Assembly (NCBI GenBank): GCA_951406725.2
Contig: OX597827.1
Coordinates: 3,224,001-3,288,000 of the forward strand
From: Octopus vulgaris
Taxonomy: Eukaryota
Length of the DNA: 64,000 nt
Reading direction: 5' to 3'
Part shown: positions 51,155-64,000 of the stretch, piece by piece
How the letters are laid out: the number at the start of each line of letters is the position of its first letter
Position numbering within the stretch: position 1 is the stretch's first letter
Notes under the pieces: model-generated
The model's database searches: none
What the model was told of the DNA's origin: nothing
What the model saw: only the letters and a program-made list of their open reading frames with translations
Program-made: the position numbers and the translations under genes

Positions 51155-51450
51155 CATGTGGTTTAGCGGTTAGAGTATTCAGTGCATGAATGTGAGGTCA
51201 TGAGATCAATTCCCGAAGATGCATTATGTCCTTGAGCAAGACATTTTATTTCATGTTGTTCCAATTGACTCAGCTGGCAAAAATGAATTTTACCTGTATT
51301 TCAAAGGGCCAGCCATGTCACATTCTGTGTCATGCTGAATCTCCTTGAGAACTATGATGTGGGTACATGTGTCTGTGGAGTGCTCAGCCACTTGCACATA
51401 AATTTCACAACTGGAACTCTCGCCTTCATAACCAACAGAGTGCCACTGCC
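51152..51450 (+). mobile_element. SINE family D
   Basis: ATGTCCTTGAGCAAGACATTTTATTTCATGTTGTTCCAATTGACTCAGCTGGCAAAAATGA; matches 60444-60770. Confidence 0.82.
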
Positions 51451-51499
51451 ATATATATGCAAACACACATGCACACACATATCTATATATATATGGTAG

Positions 51500-51748
51500 A
51501 TACCAGCGTCACCCAAATTGGCACCTGTGCCGGTGGTACGTAAATGCACCCTGATATCAGGCAAATGGCACCCATGCCAGTAACATGTGAAAGCATGTGA
51601 AAGCACCTAATACACTCTCAGAGTAGTTGGCATTAGGAAGGGCATCCAGCCACAGAAAACCATGCCAAATCATACTGCAGTTTGGTGCAGCCTTCCAGTG
51701 TACCAGCCCAGTCAAACTGTCCAACAGATGTTAAATGATGATGATGAT

Positions 51749-51781
<33 letters not shown>

Positions 51782-52212
51782 CCACACACCCACACACACA
51801 CACACACACACACATACCATCTCTTCTAAAACCAGAGTAGTCATGTAACTCTGCTCCTCTTCAGCAAGAAACCTGTTCTGCTCAGCCCCTTTTCCCTTAT
51901 ACTTTACCCCTTTCTTCTCCTTATTCTCTTAGCATAATGTTCCCCATTTTCACTTGGGGTTTGTTATCTTGCAAGCTGCACGGTGACCCCACTAGTGCCA
52001 GTGGCATAAAAAGAAGTACCCAGTACATGTTCTAAATCGGTTGGCACTAAGAAGGGCATCCAGTCATAGAAACAACTATGCCAAAACAGACACTGGAACA
52101 TGATGTGGTGCATGAGTCCATTGGATCCTGTCAAATTGTCCTGCCCATGCTAGTATGGAATATGAACATTAAGTGTTATTATAATGATGATAACGATGAT
52201 AATGATGATGAT
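51500..52212 (+). mobile_element. two diverged RTE tails (51500-51750, 51960-52212)
   Basis: Each has GTTGGCA(T/C)TA(G/A)GAAGGGCATCCAG and a (GAT)n end. Confidence 0.75.
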
Positions 52213-53569
52213 TATGAAGAGACGCTTGCACATTCACCCACATATACAAAAGGCCACAACTTCTTATGCTTCAAGAAGTCTATTTAATTATGTAGTGATT
52301 ACCAAACATATGCAACAGAATAGACTTCATTATATGCTTATAACTTCTTGAAAATAGGGCTCATTAGTTCAACATGGCACTAATTGGTTGGCTGCTCTAG
52401 CAATTTTCCTTTATTTGTTAAAGAATGGCTTCAGATGTATACAGGAAGCTCTTTGAATACAGAGAAATTGACGTTAAGGGAAAATTAAAATATTTACTAG
52501 AATTATAAACATAAATTTAGATTATTCAATTTGCTATATTATTCCATGTATTCTTGAATTATCAAAAGATAAAAGTGTATGTGCCGAGCAAAGATTCTAT
52601 GGCTGTGTTGTTGTTGTTTGGCTGACACTGGAATCAGAACCATGAAATAATACGAGAATTTGCTGCTTTCCAAATCTCAGATGGTAAACAATTAACAAGT
52701 AAAAATTAACAAATGGTGGCGATGGCCATGGTGGTTGCGGCAGTGAGAGTGGTGGCAGCAGTGGGTGTGGTAAAGGTGGTAGCAGAGGCAGCAGTGGAAA
52801 TGGTGATAGCAGCAGCAGTGGCAGTGGTGATGGTATTGGTGGTGATGGCGGTTGTGGTGGTTGTGGTGGCGGTGGTGGTGATGTCAGTGGCAGTGGTGGC
52901 AGTGGTGGTGATTGTGGTGGGGCTGGGTAGTTGTAGAAGCAGTGGTGGTCATGGTAACGTTAGTGGTATTGTTGGTGATGGTGGTTGTGCTGGTGGCATT
53001 GCAGTAGTGGTTGTGGTAACAGTGATGGGTGCGATGGGTGACAGCCAGTCTTCCAATCAAACCAAGGAAAGTATGTTCCCATTGTTACGTTCTTTTTCCC
53101 GTTGCAGGTACAATTTTGTTAGTTGCAACGGGACAGGAGTAACACCAGTTTTCAGCAATAGGCTGGGATTTGATCTCAGAATAAACAGGACTAGAACAAA
53201 TAATGCAAGACATCCTATCCGACCCACTAACAACTCTGCCAATCCACTGCCCTGGACTTGACTTTCATTTAATGAGACCCAAAAGGATGCATGGTAAAGT
53301 TGACTTCAGTGGGATTTGAACACTGAATGCAGAGAATTAGAACAACTACCCTGAAGTTTTCTATCCAACAGGCTAAAGATTCTGCCAATTTGATGGCATA
53401 ATAAATAATGAACAAGTAGATCTGAACTGAAGTCCTTGTATGACCCTGAAAACAGTAAAGGTAAGCTGGATCTTATAATGCAATCCTTAAACTCAACTTT
53501 ATTTTCCGATCTGGACCCTGGATATTTTTTTCCTTTTTATATGATTTGGTCCCAAGAAAAATGAAGGAG

Positions 53570-53918
53570 CCTGCTGGTGTCATGTAACAGGGACCCATGA
53601 TAGTGGCACATAAAAAGTATCCTTTGAACATTGGGCCTCACGGAGGTAATAAGTGACCGAGACTTTTGGCAGTATGCTGTACTTGAGAAGACCCTTCAAA
53701 CCAAATGAAATCGTAGTTGTAACTGATGCTGGTGTCATGTAACTAGCACATGAAAAGCACCCATTACATCCTTAGAGTGGTTGGCGTTAGGAAGGGCATC
53801 CAGCCATAGAAACCATGCCAAATCAGACGGGAACCTGGTGCAGCTCCCCAGCATACCAGTTCCAGTCAAACCGGCTAATCCATGCCAGCATGGAAAGCAG
53901 GCACTAAATGATGATGAA
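53570..53918 (+). mobile_element. RTE 3' UTR/tail
   Basis: GGTTGGCGTTAGGAAGGGCATCCAGCCATAGAAAC...CATGCCAGCATGGAAAGC. Confidence 0.82.
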
Positions 53919-54086
53919 GATTGACAGAAAACTGAAAGGAGTGAATATCACAGTCCAAAAGAAAGCAAGACGATGGGAACTGGTTCGAAAGAGCAGCAGT
54001 TTGAGGAAAGAAGTTATGAGAATAAAAAGTCTTATGGGTAACAGGAAGTTCAACACAGAAACAATGATCTTTGGGAGAGAAGTAGA

Positions 54087-54332
54087 TGACATGTTTAGCA
54101 TTCAGATTATTCTGTAAAATGTAATGCTTGTATATTCAAATGTAATGCCTGTATATATTATTCTTGAATTAATCAAGCATAAGATCATAACTTTCAGATT
54201 TCATTGACGTGAGAGCTTATTTTCAGAATGACATTGTTGGGTAGGTGTGAGAGGCTCAATCTGACTGGTTTGAATATAAAACAGGAAAAATATTTGGGCC
54301 AGATATGGCTGGTTTAAGTACTAGAGGGTTAA
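54087..54332. mobile_element. piggyBac-like MITE relic
   Basis: Right end AAGTACTAGAGGG-TTAA; degraded left end TTTAGCATTCAGA is partly complementary to it; internal ~21-bp duplication. Confidence 0.5.
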
Positions 54333-54796
54333 AGGTTTAAATACAAGAGGATTATTTACATTATTTACATTTGCCGGATATTTGTCCTCATCTTGTTTGT
54401 TGTTAACACAAGAGGATACCAGGCTTAAATGTTCATCAGAGCAATGATCATGGAAATCCTTACAGAAAACACACAATGAAGTTACATTTCGACACTGAGC
54501 TAAAGACTCCAACCAAGTAGAAGAGGAGTGAATACGTTAATAGCTTGCTCCTAAATTTGATGAGGCAAGTTAAGAACCTCAGAGGTGTTAACTAAGTAAT
54601 TAATTTCATTAATCTACCTATTATAAATAGCAATAGATGAACTATTGTATCATTGGGTACAGGATTCCAATAGTCCAATTATTGGTTCCTTCCTTTTGTT
54701 TTTGGTAGCAAGAGTGATAAGGGAGTATCTGTAATTAAGTGCAGAACAAATACTCCAAAGAGCTTTCCTTATAAAAATTTTCTCTCAATGATACAG

Positions 54797-55160
54797 TGTA
54801 GTAAGAAGCTTGCTTCCCAACCACATGGTTCTGGGTTCAGTCCTACTGCATGACACTTTGGGCAAGTATCTTCTACTATAGCCTTGGACCGACCAAAGCC
54901 TTGTGAGTGGATTTGGTAGACGGAAACTGAAAGAAGCCTGTTGCATATATGTGTGTGTGTGTGTGTGTCTGTCGCCCCACCACTGCTTGACAACTGATGT
55001 TGGTGTGTTTACATACCCGTAACTTAGTCGTTTGGCAAAAGAGACCAATAGAATAAGTACTAGGCTTACAAAGAATAAGTCCTGGGATCAATTTCTTCAA
55101 TTAAAGGTAGTGCTCCAGCATGGCCACAGCGAAATTACTGAAACAAGTTGAAAATAAAAG
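54797..55160 (+). mobile_element. SINE family A, near full length
   Basis: Aligns by eye to 5031-5430. Confidence 0.9.
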
Positions 55161-57599
55161 GAAAAAGAATAATATCCTTTACCAATATAGATAGGTAGAA
55201 CACACAGACACAAAGAGACAGGAAGTTCAAATCTTTAGCATAGAAAAATTATAAATGATAAGGGTGAATGATGAAGGCCATGATAATACTGGTGGTGGTG
55301 ATGACGGTTACTGGTGAAGGTGGTGGTGGTGGTGGTTGTGGTGATTATGGTCGTTTTTCTCTTTGCTGAAAGTGAAGGGTCTCTAGCCATAACCCTTCTA
55401 GGCCCTCCAAGATCAGTGACCATGATACCATTAAAATTCCATATAAACTCTTACAGATTAACACAAGCAGGAAAGACATGTGTGAGGGGAAGATTCCAGA
55501 GAATGAAGATGTTCTGGGGGGGGGGAGGCCAGCGTGGGTGGAAGCAACAAGAGTGATGAGAGAGAAGTGGAGGGATGATTAGACTGGAGGTGAGTGAGAG
55601 GAAAAGATACATGGCCAGCCTGCTTCAAGGAATAGGGGCCATTATGAAATAGAAAGAAAAGACAGAGAGGGGACACAGCAAGTTTGTGGGTTAAAATGAT
55701 AAAGATGAAGATGTTGTTGAAGCTGATGAAGTTGATGATAAAAATAATGATGTTGACAATGACGATGACAAAAACAATGACATGAGGAGAGTGATGAAGA
55801 TGATGACAAACGATAATGATGACAATGGTGGTGATGTTACTGATGACAAAGATAATGGTAATGATAATGATGATAACATCAAAGATGTTGATATTATTAT
55901 TAAAGAGGATAATTTGGGGTCAATGGAAAAAGTACCAGTCAAGGACTGGGGGTCAATGTAATCGACTATCCCCTCCTCTCCCCTGAAATTTCAGGCTTTG
56001 TGCCTATAGTAGAAAGGATTATTAAAGGGGACATAATGACAATAATGAGAAAGATAGTGATGATGATCATGGTGATAACAATGATGATGATGATGATGAT
56101 GATGAAGTAGAGGAGGATGACGACAACAAAGATAGTGATGATGATTGTTACAATGATGCCCATGATGATGATGATGATGAAGATGATGAAGATTGTTATA
56201 ATGATGATGACGGTGATGATGATGAGAAAGAGGCGAATGATGACGATGACAACAAAGATGATGCTGCTGCTGATGATGATGATGATCGTGATAATTTTTT
56301 CTTTTTTTTTTGTTTCTTATTTTGTTCTCCAAAAGTCAAATATCTTCAGACAGACAAGTACTCTAGTTTTTATCTAATTTTACCGTTCTATTTGTTCCTT
56401 TCTGTCTTACAATATAATACAAATATCCTGTAACATGACAATAGAAACTCTTCAAATGTCTTGGATAACAATAGGAGGGATTGCTATTAATGGCAACATT
56501 CACAAACATTTTTGTTTTTCATTTGTCTTTTTAATTCTTCTTCCGAAAACAGCAAAAGGTTTCTTCTCTTCCTCTTCCTCCGAGGAACTGTTCTCAATGA
56601 CATGACTGGCACTAGCAAGTGCTACATTTATCTCGTTATTGATCCAAAGAGAGAATAAACAAAAAAAAATCATAATAATAAAAAAAAAAAATGTATAAAA
56701 AAAAACAAATGGCTCATTTAGTTTGGGTTGGGTTGGGCTGTGATGGTCATGTTGGGGAAGAAATAAGTCTTTAATATAGAAATCTCAAATCTCAGTAGAG
56801 ATGATGATAATGATGGTGATAACAATGATAATAATAAATAGAAGATAAAACCAAAAATGTGTGGTAAATAAAGAATCTATTCACTGGAGAGAAGGAAGTC
56901 AATATATAGAAGGTCAGTTCAACCTCTGGCTAAATATACAAACTGACCTTACAGTTAAGAACAAACAAAACAAAAAAAATATAGAACAAATGAGGGAGAG
57001 AAAACTTCCTCATTCTATTTTATTTTATTCATTCTATTTTCATTTTTATTTTTTATTATATTTGTTTCTTTTTTTTTGCATTCCTCTTTTGTGAAGATTC
57101 TGTTTTGGTCATTAACGAAATGATAAAAAGGGAGTAATCTTTTGTTTAAGTACACCATTTTTCTTTTTTTCTTGTTTCTTTTTTTATTGTTGATTCTACA
57201 GTTTTTTTTTTGTTTCTTTTTTTATGCATATATTCCTTTCTTTAGTACCCACATCATCATCATCATCGTTTTAATGTCCATGTTTCTGTGCTTGCTTGCA
57301 TGGGTTGGGTGGAATTTTGTTGAGGCAGATTTTCTGCGGTTGGATGCCTTTTCCATTGCCACCCTACTCCCCACCTCTGTTTCCAAGATTGTAATATTTC
57401 CCCATAGCTAGATATGGTTTTCACAGAAGACTGAGAATAAGCAACATCACTTATATGACAGTGGCGCTTGTTTACAACCATCACATAATAACAAGAAGAA
57501 GATACATACAAATACACACACACACATACATACATACATACATACATACATAGATACATACATACATAGATACATAGATACATACATACAAACATACAT

Positions 57600-57630
<31 letters not shown>

Positions 57631-58073
57631 GAAAACAAAGTTAGTGTGAGAAGAAGTAATGAGTGTGGACATTACCAGAAAAGAAGGTGGATCTGGAATA
57701 ATGAATGAGGAACTTAGACCTCTGGCCATGTCTGGGTATCTCATTCAAAGGTTTTAACCAGTTTCATAGACCTAAATGCTTGTTTCAGTCTGGTACTTAT
57801 TTTATCAGTCTCTATTTGTTGAACTACTTGGTTATGGAACATGACAGGACCCAACATAAACAAAGGCACCAGTTTTTAAACAGCATAAATATAAACACAG
57901 GCAATCAAACACACACACACACACACACATATTTGCATCTATATACAATAGGCTGATTTCAGTTAGTTCTTTGGCTATCCACAGATTTCTACATCAGTTA
58001 TAACATTGCTTTCTTCTGAATAGTGGAAAGAATTGACTGTCATGAAAGTATCAGATAGGACACTTTGCCATAT

Positions 58074-58246
58074 GGTACTAGGACAAAATCCCCACTGAGG
58101 GCAAAATTCCCACCAGACAAAATGCAGTCAATATCCCCCAGGATATTGGTCTGTCTTTACAATAAAAATATTTTAGGAAAGTGACATTTTCAGGAGGATT
58201 TTGTCCTCAGAGAATTTTGTCCTTGGTGGAATTTTGTCCTGATACC
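58074..58246. mobile_element. MULE-like MITE, 173 bp, with repeated subterminal motifs
   Basis: Termini GGTACTAGGACAAAAT / ATTTTGTCCTGATACC; three GGACAAAAT-like motifs per arm; perfect 9-bp TSD TTGCCATAT at 58065-58073 and 58247-58255. Confidence 0.88.
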
Positions 58247-58361
58247 TTGCCATATACACTCTGAGAAGTTCCTGCACAGCCAATTTGGCACCACCTATTT
58301 GGTGTCCCTCATCTAATACTAGCTTATTTGGCATATGACATTTTAATATTTCTCTCATTCT

Positions 58362-58580
58362 GAAGGTAGTGAGTTGGCAGAGAAGTTAGCATGCCTGGCA
58401 AAATGATTATCAGCATTTCATCCGTCTATGCATTCTGAGTTCAAGTTCTGCCAAGGCTAACTTTGCCTTTCATCCTTTTGGGGTCATTAAGAGAAGTACC
58501 AGTCCAGCCCTTAGATCAAAGCAATTGACTTACCCACTCACACAAATTTGCTTGCCTTGTGCCAAAATTTGAAGCCAATA
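58362..58580 (+). mobile_element. SINE family B, diverged
   Basis: GAAGGTAGTGAGTTGGCAG head and CTTTGCCTTTCATCCTTTTGGGGTC core. Confidence 0.8.
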
Positions 58581-59270
58581 TTTCTCCTTCAAATATTGGC
58601 TTCTTATCTCCCCTCTCTCTCTCTCTCTCTCTCTGTAGGTATCTAGTTATATTTCTATGTATACATAATGTCGCCCTCTCCCTTTCTCTCTCTCTTTTCT
58701 TCTCACTCAATCACTCTGTATGCAAATATTTTTCTGTGTGTGAATGTGAGTGTGTTTGCTTCCAGTGCCAAAATCTACTGTCACCCAAACAGGTGGAATG
58801 TCCAATCGGCAGTAACAAATCATCAGCAGCATCCAAGCAGCTGCACTAAATCATCTCATTTCATTCTGGTTCCTTGCACTCCGAGTTTAAATTCTCCCAA
58901 GGTCAACTTTACCTTTCATCCACTCAGAATCAATAAATGAAGCACCACTCCTTGGCAATGGATTAATAGAATTCCTAGACTAGGATAAGATCCCTTGGGG
59001 ACACTTGATCTGGGGTTTTTTATATTCTGAGTCCAAATCCCACCTACCAGCAGCACCCCAACTTTTGAGGCAGGAGAGGGGTTCTTCAAGACCTGACTAA
59101 TATGTGATAGGGATCCAAAGTCAGAAGGAACAAAATGATGACTAAAGCGACATTGGAGTTGATACTTACATGTAATGTATGGATACGGATGCAGATTCCA
59201 GAGCATTAAAAGGGAGAGAAATGCTAAGAGGGAAATTGCCAGCTTCTGAGTTCTAAGCCTTCGAATCATT

Positions 59271-60035
59271 AGGGGAGAGAAGGGGAAGAAGGGAGATGGA
59301 AGAGAGTGAAGGAGAGAGAAGAGAAAAAGAGAGAAGAGAAAGAGAAGGGAGAGAGTGAAGGAGAGGGAGAAGAGAAAGAGAAGGGAGTGAGAGTGAAGGA
59401 GAGGGAGGATAGAGAGAAAGAGAAAAGGAAGAGAGTGAAGAGAAAGTGAAGAGAAAGAGTGAAGAGAAAGAGAGTGAAGAGAAAAAGAGAATAGAAAAGA
59501 GAGAGCGGAGAGAGGGAGAAGAGAAAGAGAAAAAGAGAGAGGGAGAGAGCAAGAGAAGGAGAGGGAGGAGAGAGAGAAGAGAAAGAGAAGGGAGTGAGAG
59601 TGAGAAGAGAAAGAGAAGGGAGTGAGAGTGAAGGAGAGGGAGGATAGAGAGAAAGAGAAAAGGAAGAGAGTGAAGAGAAAGTGAAAGGACAGAGGAGAAA
59701 GAGAAAGAGTGAAGAGAAAGTGAAAGGACAGAGGAGAAAGAGAAAGAGTGAAGAGAAAGAGAGTGAAGAGAAAAAGAGAATAGAAAAGAGAGAGCGAAGA
59801 GAGAGAGAAGAGAAAGAGAAAAAGAGAGAGGGGAGAGCAAGAGGGGAGAGAGGGAAAGCAAGAGGGGAGAGAGGGAGAGCAAGAGGGGAGACAGGGAGAG
59901 CAATAGGAGGAGAGAGGGAGGGAGAGCAAGAGGGGAGACGGAGAGCAATAGGGGGAGAGAGGGAGGAGAGCAAGAGGGGAGAGAGGAAGAGCAAGAGGGG
60001 GAGAGCATGGAAATAGTGGAAGAAGGAGTGAGAGT
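59271..60035. repeat. ~760-bp polypurine (GA-rich) tract with higher-order duplications
   Basis: Almost pure purine on plus; a block starting GAGAAAGAGAAGGGAGTGAGAGTGAAGGAGAGGGAGGATAG occurs twice. Confidence 0.92.
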
Positions 60036-60443
60036 GCTCTTACTCACACAATATTACTCAGGTTTATTGAATTTGAACAGGGACTAAAGAAAACAAAATG
60101 CCTGACATCCTGGTCCTCCAGTTAGTCACAGTGAGCAATACAACACAATACTCATAGCAAGAGGAAACCATGTTTATTAAAGCAAGTAAAAACGTGGAAG
60201 TGTGGTTCAAGACGTTTACTTCCAGGTCACACAAAACGTAGGTTCAAGTCTCACTGGATGACACCTTGGGCGAGTTTCTTCCATTGAAGCTTCCAGTTAA
60301 TCAGTACTCTGATCATGAAAGAACACCTGATGTATTGTGTGATCTGACGTATGATTAACCTCAGTTTCTTCTTCTCAGAGAAACACCATATTCTGTACAT
60401 AGTAGCATATTTATAAGATGTGTGTATATGTATGTGTATATGT

Positions 60444-60770
60444 GAAGGCACTTGGCTTAGTGGTTAGGGTATTCAGGTTTACAATCACACAGTCATGAGT
60501 TCAATTCCCGGCAATGCATTGTGCCCTTGAGCAAGACTCTTTATTTCATGTTGCTCCAGTCCACTTAGCTAGCAAAAATGAGTAGTGCTTCTATTTCAAA
60601 GGGTCAACCTTATCACACACTGTGTCATGCTGAATCTCTTTGGGAACTATGCTAAGGGCACATGTGCTTGTGGAGTGCTCAGCCACATGCACATTAATTT
60701 CATGAGCAGTTTGTATCATTGATTGGATCAACTGGGATCCTCATTGTCATAACCGACAGAGTGGCAGTAT
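60444..60770 (+). mobile_element. SINE family D, full length (tRNA head plus CORE-like domain)
   Basis: A box TGGCTTAGTGG, B box GAGTTCAATTCC, then TTGTGCCCTTGAGCAAGACTCTTTATTTCATGTTGCTCCAGTCCAC. Confidence 0.87.
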
Positions 60771-63007
60771 ATGTATGTATGTATCTGTGTGTGTATATGT
60801 GAGTGTGTGTGCATGTGTGTGTTTGCATGATGTAATGCATAAATAATGAATAAAATGCCAGGCTACTGAAACATATGTAACTTGGGCAGCACTGTTACTG
60901 TCAACTCTTCTTTTACTGCATTTATTTACTGCATACTTTAAATGACTTGTATTGCTACGGAGATTGGAGCTGTGGAGTACCTGTTATCTTTAAATAATTG
61001 CTCTTAATTTTACAAATAGGATGATGATACAGGAGTAATATTAGTTTACTAATTAAATAATTAATTTATCAATCAATGTTTTCTCGATGTAGACTGCAAG
61101 CCAACCACATGCTGGAAGCTACTGTGGTAATAACAGCAATCCACATGATCCAAACCAATTGATATATATATAGAGAGAGAGAGGAGAGAGAGAAAGAAAT
61201 AGAGAGAAAGAGATTTGGTCAAGTGACTAAGATTCAGAGATCTTAGGAAATAATGTAAGCATGATACTAACTTTTTGTTTATTAATGAATGTTTTCTTTT
61301 TGAAAAATCCCATTGATTGTACAGCTGTGCTACATGAGAACATGTACACATGTTGATGACTAAGGAAATAGTAGAGAAACAGGAAATAAACACCAAACAG
61401 CACCAAATAAATAACGGCAATGTAATATAGCATTTTTCTTCTTTTTCTCTTCTAATAATGGTAAAGCAGCTACTATGAAGCATTTTTGTTTTTTTTTCAC
61501 TGATATTTATTTTATTTTATTTATACCAAACTAATTCTTTGATGAATCGTTAAAACTGTGACAAAAGAAATGGAAAAGGTGTGTGGAGAAAAAAGGTGGA
61601 AGAGGTGGTAAGGCAAAAAAAATAAAATAGAAAAGTAAAAAAATGCTTTGTTCCAGAAGGTTCTTGTGAAGTGCATTTCTAATTATTTCCTCGTCATAAG
61701 GTCACAATTAATCATGGTCGTTACTACCTAACAGTAAGCACAACAAAATAAAAAAATCAAAAACACTATGCATATACATACACATAAATAAAAATTAATT
61801 AAAAAGAAATAAATACAATACATACTATAAAAAAAGTATAAAGAAACAAATTAATAAAACATTATCAGAAATGAGAAGAAATGTATTCAAAGGTGCAACA
61901 ACAACAACAACAACAAAAATAACAAATATATAAATAAAAAAATAAAATAAGAAAATCATAAAAGAAACATGCAATAAGAACAGATGAAAAATAAGGGTTT
62001 TAATTTGATGGATTAATTTATACTCACAATGATATCGATTTTGAAGTATTTTCATCAATTAGAGAAGAACAGGGGGGAATGGAAGGTGGTTTTACTTTGT
62101 AATTTCCTACATTAAAAGAAGAATATATATTATTTAGTTTTTATTTTTTTTTTTTGCTAATAGACCGTTTTCATTAACTTTTTAATGTTGTTAATGTTGT
62201 TTTTTTTTATCTATTTTATTTGTATATTTTATTTTTCTAAATAAACCTTTCTTTCAGAATGAAGCGAAATGTCAAAATAAATGAGTACTGTAATTATATT
62301 TGATCAAACCCCTTTTTAAAAAGTAAATATCTTTTATTTTATTTTAGTTCTTCTTAACATTTCTTACTTTTTTTCTCTCTCTCCTCTCTTTTTCTAACAA
62401 TTTTCAAAGGGTTCATTAGAATTTAAAGATGTGTGTTGTTTCATTTATGCAAGGAATGTCCAATCTGAAGTCTCTTGTTGAATTTATTCAAGAAAAATAT
62501 TCAGTTTGAAGATAGTTGTTTTCTTCTGTCTAAATTATCAATCCATAAAGACAGTTTCCATTTGTCCATCATTTGTAAAAAAGGCTTGGTGATGAGGAGG
62601 CAGATGAAATGTAAAACTGTTTTGTTTGTTTGAATAATAACTCTTTCAATAGACAACAGCTTGCTAAGTGTTAAGAGCTGCATCGGTAGTGAGGAGGACT
62701 ACTGTAAGGAATATATATCCATATGGTCGATAGAGCTTTGGACTAATTAAAGAGCCACGTCAATACTGTATTAATAGGCTCTCTCATTGTTTCACTAGAA
62801 GAGGCTTCATCAAGACACAACTGCACAGAGACAGACTGTGGGAAATGACTATCATCCTATGGTTACCAGTTTGCAGGGCCAAAGCTGAAGACTTGTGGTA
62901 GCATCCTCTGCCAATCACTTCTGATTTTTGTTCCTACTCACCACTGGACTTATGAAAGATGTGTTATGGTGTTGGTCCTGGTAACGTGGTTCGCTGAGCA
63001 ACCAGTA

Positions 63008-63168
63008 TCATCATCATCATCGTTTAGCGTCCGCTTTCCATGCCAGCATGGGTTGGACGGTTCAACTGGGGTCTGGGAAGCCAGAAGGCTGCACCAGGCC
63101 CAGTTTGATCTGGCAATGTTTCTATGGCTGGATGCCCTTCCTAACGCCAACCACTCCATGAGTGTAGT
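63008..63168 (-). mobile_element. RTE tail, short 5'-truncated copy
   Basis: Near identical to 1610-1765. Confidence 0.87.
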
Positions 63169-63817
63169 ATGATGAATATTATTATAGTGGGAAAGGTTTC
63201 TGCAGTGCTTGTCCCACTCTTTCATACTTCAAACTTGCATTGATCTGGGGCAACAAGTGCCACAAGCCCAGAAGTTACTAGGATGCAGGATTTCAATGGA
63301 GTTACCTTCTTTTAGATAAGCACCTAAAGTGCTAAGGGGCCTCATCTGCCCAGGGTCCATTGGAAGTGTCTGTGAGTGACCTTTTGTAGGAGGTAGCTTC
63401 ATGGTATGCTAATTATTAACTCATAACAGGGACCCTAGTTGTTACTGCTCTGGGTCAGAGCAGACCTGTAAACAATGGTGGCTAAGCAATGGTTTCACAC
63501 TCTCCAAAATCTTGGAACACCTGAACCATGGCTCCTCTCCCAGATGTATTTAGAGTCATACTTAGAACATCAATACAGTACAAGATTACTCGAAGGATAT
63601 CTTCAACATTGACATATAACTTTGACACAAGGTCACAAGGTTTTGGGAAGAACTGATGATCAATTGTACAGATATCAGTAGATTCTTCTTTCTGAGCTCA
63701 CAGGCTGCCCCCTGGGGACTGACTTGACAATTACTATTCATGGAATTTAATAATAGAGCATAAAGGGACATAATCATGTATTACAAAGCAATTAGTCTGT
63801 GGCTCTTAATGATTAGT

Positions 63818-64000
63818 GGAGGTGCAATGGCCCAATGGTTAGGGCAGCAGACACGTGGTTGGAGGATCGCGGTTTCAATTCTCAGACCAAGCATTGTGTG
63901 TGTTTATCGAGCGAAAACACCTAAAAGCTCCACTAGGCTCCGGCAGGGGGTGGGGTGGGAGGGTGACCCCTGTTGTACTCTTTCGCCACAACTTTCTCTC
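63818..64000 (+). mobile_element. tRNA-derived SINE of a further family, cut by the window end
   Basis: GGAGGTGCAATGGCCCAATGGTTAGG A box and GGTTTCAATTC B box followed by a non-tRNA body. Confidence 0.65.

Noticed and set aside
60444-60520. tRNA genes at SINE heads
   Set aside because: A and B boxes are present, but there is no proper cloverleaf and each head continues into a SINE body.
62653-62703. Possible 51-nt symmetric exon (..caatag|ACAACAGC..GACTACT|gtaagg)
   Set aside because: Splice sites are weak, the peptide is not recognisable, and no partner exons were found.

Overview
This is AT-rich, extremely repeat-dense animal DNA. The SINE families, RTE tails and microsatellite load point to a coleoid cephalopod, most likely Octopus; that assignment is inference from repeat content. 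I find no host protein-coding exon I can support, so the window reads as intronic or intergenic, and nearly all ORFs in the track are microsatellite artefacts. Retroelements: three or four tRNA-derived SINE families, many RTE-clade LINE fragments and 3' tails, and an R4/Dong-type RLE retrotransposon fragment lying in (TAA)n. DNA elements: Tc1, mariner and Buster/Charlie-hAT relics, two clean MITEs with perfect TSDs (8-bp hAT, 9-bp MULE-like), and a Helentron-associated element. The most notable pattern is a scatter of hammerhead-ribozyme motifs with sequence-unrelated flanks. Two have intact catalytic cores (40715-40749 +, 42694-42778 -) and several are decayed. One lies directly downstream of a Penelope-like endonuclease C-terminus; most are embedded in or next to (TA)n tracts, and several are paired with inverted partial copies that form foldbacks. 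Coordinates of degraded repeats were read by eye and are approximate. No database searches were run.
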